NCBI GenBank assembly: GCA_033442325.1
Contig: JAWQFM010000014.1
Location: 633,312 to 697,311 of the forward strand
DNA length: 64,000 nucleotides
DNA from: Salpingoeca rosetta
Lineage: Eukaryota; Protista; Choanoflagellata
Direction of reading: 5' to 3'
In this document: positions 61,490 through 64,000 of the stretch, piece after piece
Position numbering within the stretch: position 1 is the stretch's first letter
Layout of the letters: each line of letters starts with the position of its first letter
Program-made: the position numbers and the translations under genes
The notes under the pieces: model-generated
Told to the model about the DNA's origin: nothing
What the model saw: only the letters and a program-made list of their open reading frames with translations
The model's database searches: none

Positions 61490-64000
61490 GCGAACATTAA
61501 CAACGCACACGCAAGCGCTAGCAATCAAACACATACAACCACAGGCAAACACAGGCAACCACATGCAAACCCAGACAAACGCAAGCAAACACAGGCAAAC
61601 ACACACAACCACAGGCAACCACAACGCACCTCTTGCCGCGATGGACTTTGGTTGGGTCGAGCTTGCGTCCAGCCATGATGTCAAATTGATCGCCATCAAA
61701 TATGGACCGCGTGTCCTTCTTCGCCCCGCCATCGCCATCAGCATCATCGGAGAGGTCACGTGGAAGATCCACAACAGCTGGCGGAAGGTTCCCTTCAAAC
61801 AGGCGGTTGATCACGTTCTCCACGTTGAACTGTGGAGCGGAGGTGGTGATGGCAACCGCAGGTGTTTTGGATCAAAGGTGGGTCGATGGACAAGGAACAA
61901 AGGGTGAGCAAGCAGGGATGACAGCAGCGCGCAACCATAACAAACACGCGTGCACGTATCACCACACATGTACACAACACAAGCACACAACGCGAAGACA
62001 GTTCACACTGCAACGCACAACACAGCTCAGCTCCCCGCACACTACGACACGCAGCACGACAACGCCCCGCACAACCACAGCACAGCAAAAAGCAACGCAC
62101 CTCGCAGGCGCGGAGACAGGCCTTGACAAACCCGCGGCCAAGATCGGGCACGACAGCCAACACGCTGTCCACTTGTCCTTCCAACTTGGCATCACGCTTT
62201 GACGTGCCATCTCCACCATCCATGGCGGCGCCGCTTACCTCGTCATCATCACCATCGCTGCCACTCTTCTGCTGCTGCTTCTTCTTCTGGTTCTTCTTCT
62301 CGTCTTCCTGCACCTCAGCCAGCACGTCCGCGTCCACCACCTCCTCCGTGCCTGCAAGCAACTTCCGATAAAACTGCAGGCGAATCTCCTCAACGCCGTC
62401 GTCGCCCACCTCCGCCAGCTCGGCGAACACGCGAGCCAGCCCCTCCTCACGCGCAATCCATTGCACCACGGGCGGGTACAGCACGAGTGCCTCCATGGCG
62501 TCAAACAACATGTCTTCCTTCTCCCCGTGCGACAGGGACGACGTCACAGCAGCTGCCGGTGGCTGTGGTGTTGCTGCTGTGTCGGTGGCGGCGCTGGCCC
62601 CACCGTTGGGAAGCAGCGGCTGCACAAACACGGAGTCAATCATGTCCACGATGCATGCAAGCAACGCATTCTCTGCTGCGACTGCGCACGCTTGCACCAC
62701 CAACGCCTTGCCGCTCTCTTCCCCATCCTCGTCATCATCATCGTCGTCATCATCGTCGTCATCATCATCGCCATCATCATCGCCATCATCATCGCCATCA
62801 TCATCGCCTGCCGTGTCCGCAGCTGAGATGGCTGCTGTGAGCAGTGGCCCCACAATTGAGGCGTGCAGACAGCACAGTGCAACGAGGATGCGCGTGCGGT
62901 GGAGCTGCACACTGCACTCGGGGAATGCGGTGACAAAACAGCGCAGCGTGTTGGCAATGTCATGCACAAACACGGCCAGGTCCATGTGCTCCTGCGGTGT
63001 GAGGTCAGCAATGCGGCGCGCGCCAGCAATGGTTGGGGCGCGCTCGTGCAAGGGGACGTCAGCTGGCACGCCCTCTGCGGAATGCTGCGCGCACGTGCGG
63101 TGGATGAGCGTGGAGACGGCGACGAGCGAGTTGCTCAGGTCGTCAAAGTAGGCTGGCTGGCGGGAAAACACGTTGCACACCATGCGTTGCAGCAGCGGCC
63201 TGTTGCTAGCAGCGAAGATGGCGCACAGGTCCAGCAGCTTTGGCATGTCAAACACCCAGTTGTTGTAGATGAGCTCCGAGTACCCGCGCTGCGTCATGAA
63301 CTTGTCTGGCGCCTCCTTGTGCGTGGACAGCCGCAGATACACCAGAAACACCTGCAGGAGTGCGTGTTTATGTGTTTGTGTATGTGTGTATTCGTGTATG
63401 TGTGTGAGTGTATGTGTGTATTCGTGTATGTGTGTGTGTGAGTGAGTGTGTGTGAGTGAGTGTGCGTGAGTGTATATCCAAGTGCGAGTGGCTTGTCCGG
63501 TTGAGTGCGCTTGTGCGACAGGAGCATGCACGATGAGGAACAGGGCTGGGCTGTACACGTGCTGAAGAAGACAGAGGGGGTTGAGTACGTCCACGCTCAC
63601 AAGCATATGCCACCTTGCGTGCGAGCTGCGTTTCGAGGGCCTTCAGCTTGTCTGGGAGGGCGCTGATGATGGGGAGATCATACGGCCGCGAGGTGAGCTT
63701 GAGGAACGTGCTGAGGAAGCGTCCAAGCGACTTGTCGTGCAGCGCCTGCCAAAATAGGTGGATGGGAACCGGAAGCCGCGGAGGTGAGAAGGTGGAAACA
63801 AACTCAAAGAAGAGAGGCAGAGCATAAATCACGTGGCACGCTGCGCCGATGTGAGTGGAGCAGTGCAATCGCTGCACACGTGCGCGCAAACACGGGAGAG
63901 CGCGACGTACGTGGGCCCAGAACACATGGTATGGAAGGGAGAGAAGCCTGTGCACATCGTTGATCTGCAACTTGAGGATGTCTGCGCGCTGATCAATGTC
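59931..64000 (-). CDS. ASCC2: Activating signal cointegrator 1 complex subunit 2 (CUE domain); 5' end beyond the window
   Basis: [58 protein letters not shown]...[34 protein letters not shown], an RGG tract and C-terminal RRRKE|[18 protein letters not shown]. Confidence 0.93.
60839..60896. repeat. (CAAACAACCA)n 10-bp minisatellite in an ASCC2 intron
   Basis: About 5-6 tandem copies. Confidence 0.85.

Overview
Eukaryotic, intron-rich, gene-dense genomic DNA with (GT)n/(CA)n microsatellites in most introns and five N-gaps. The style and gene set suggest a choanoflagellate such as Salpingoeca rosetta; this is inference and was not checked. Most ORF-track entries are microsatellite artefacts. 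By manual GT-AG splicing I reconstructed 13 genes in this order: a truncated unknown gene (-), an LHFPL/claudin-like tetraspan (+), otubain (-), Misato (+), a MAST kinase with PDZ (+), TFIIB (-), a tandem MARVEL-like membrane protein (+, end lost in a gap), a probable MMS22L (+), an F-BAR/double-SH3 FCHSD-like gene (+), a GPI-anchored folate-receptor-fold protein (-), RAD51 (+), CNOT11 (+) and ATP synthase subunit g (+). A fourteenth gene, ASCC2 (-), is truncated at the right edge. The main oddities are: two compositionally foreign inserts inside intronic microsatellites (9716-10232; 18367-18630, LTR-like); introns with 5'-(GT)n and 3'-(CA)n polarity and A/C-rich acceptors, suggesting structure-assisted splicing; a recurrent CAAGCAAG motif in promoter regions; and several DNA-repair genes close together. 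I found no clearly new multi-gene system, so all such ideas below are hypotheses.
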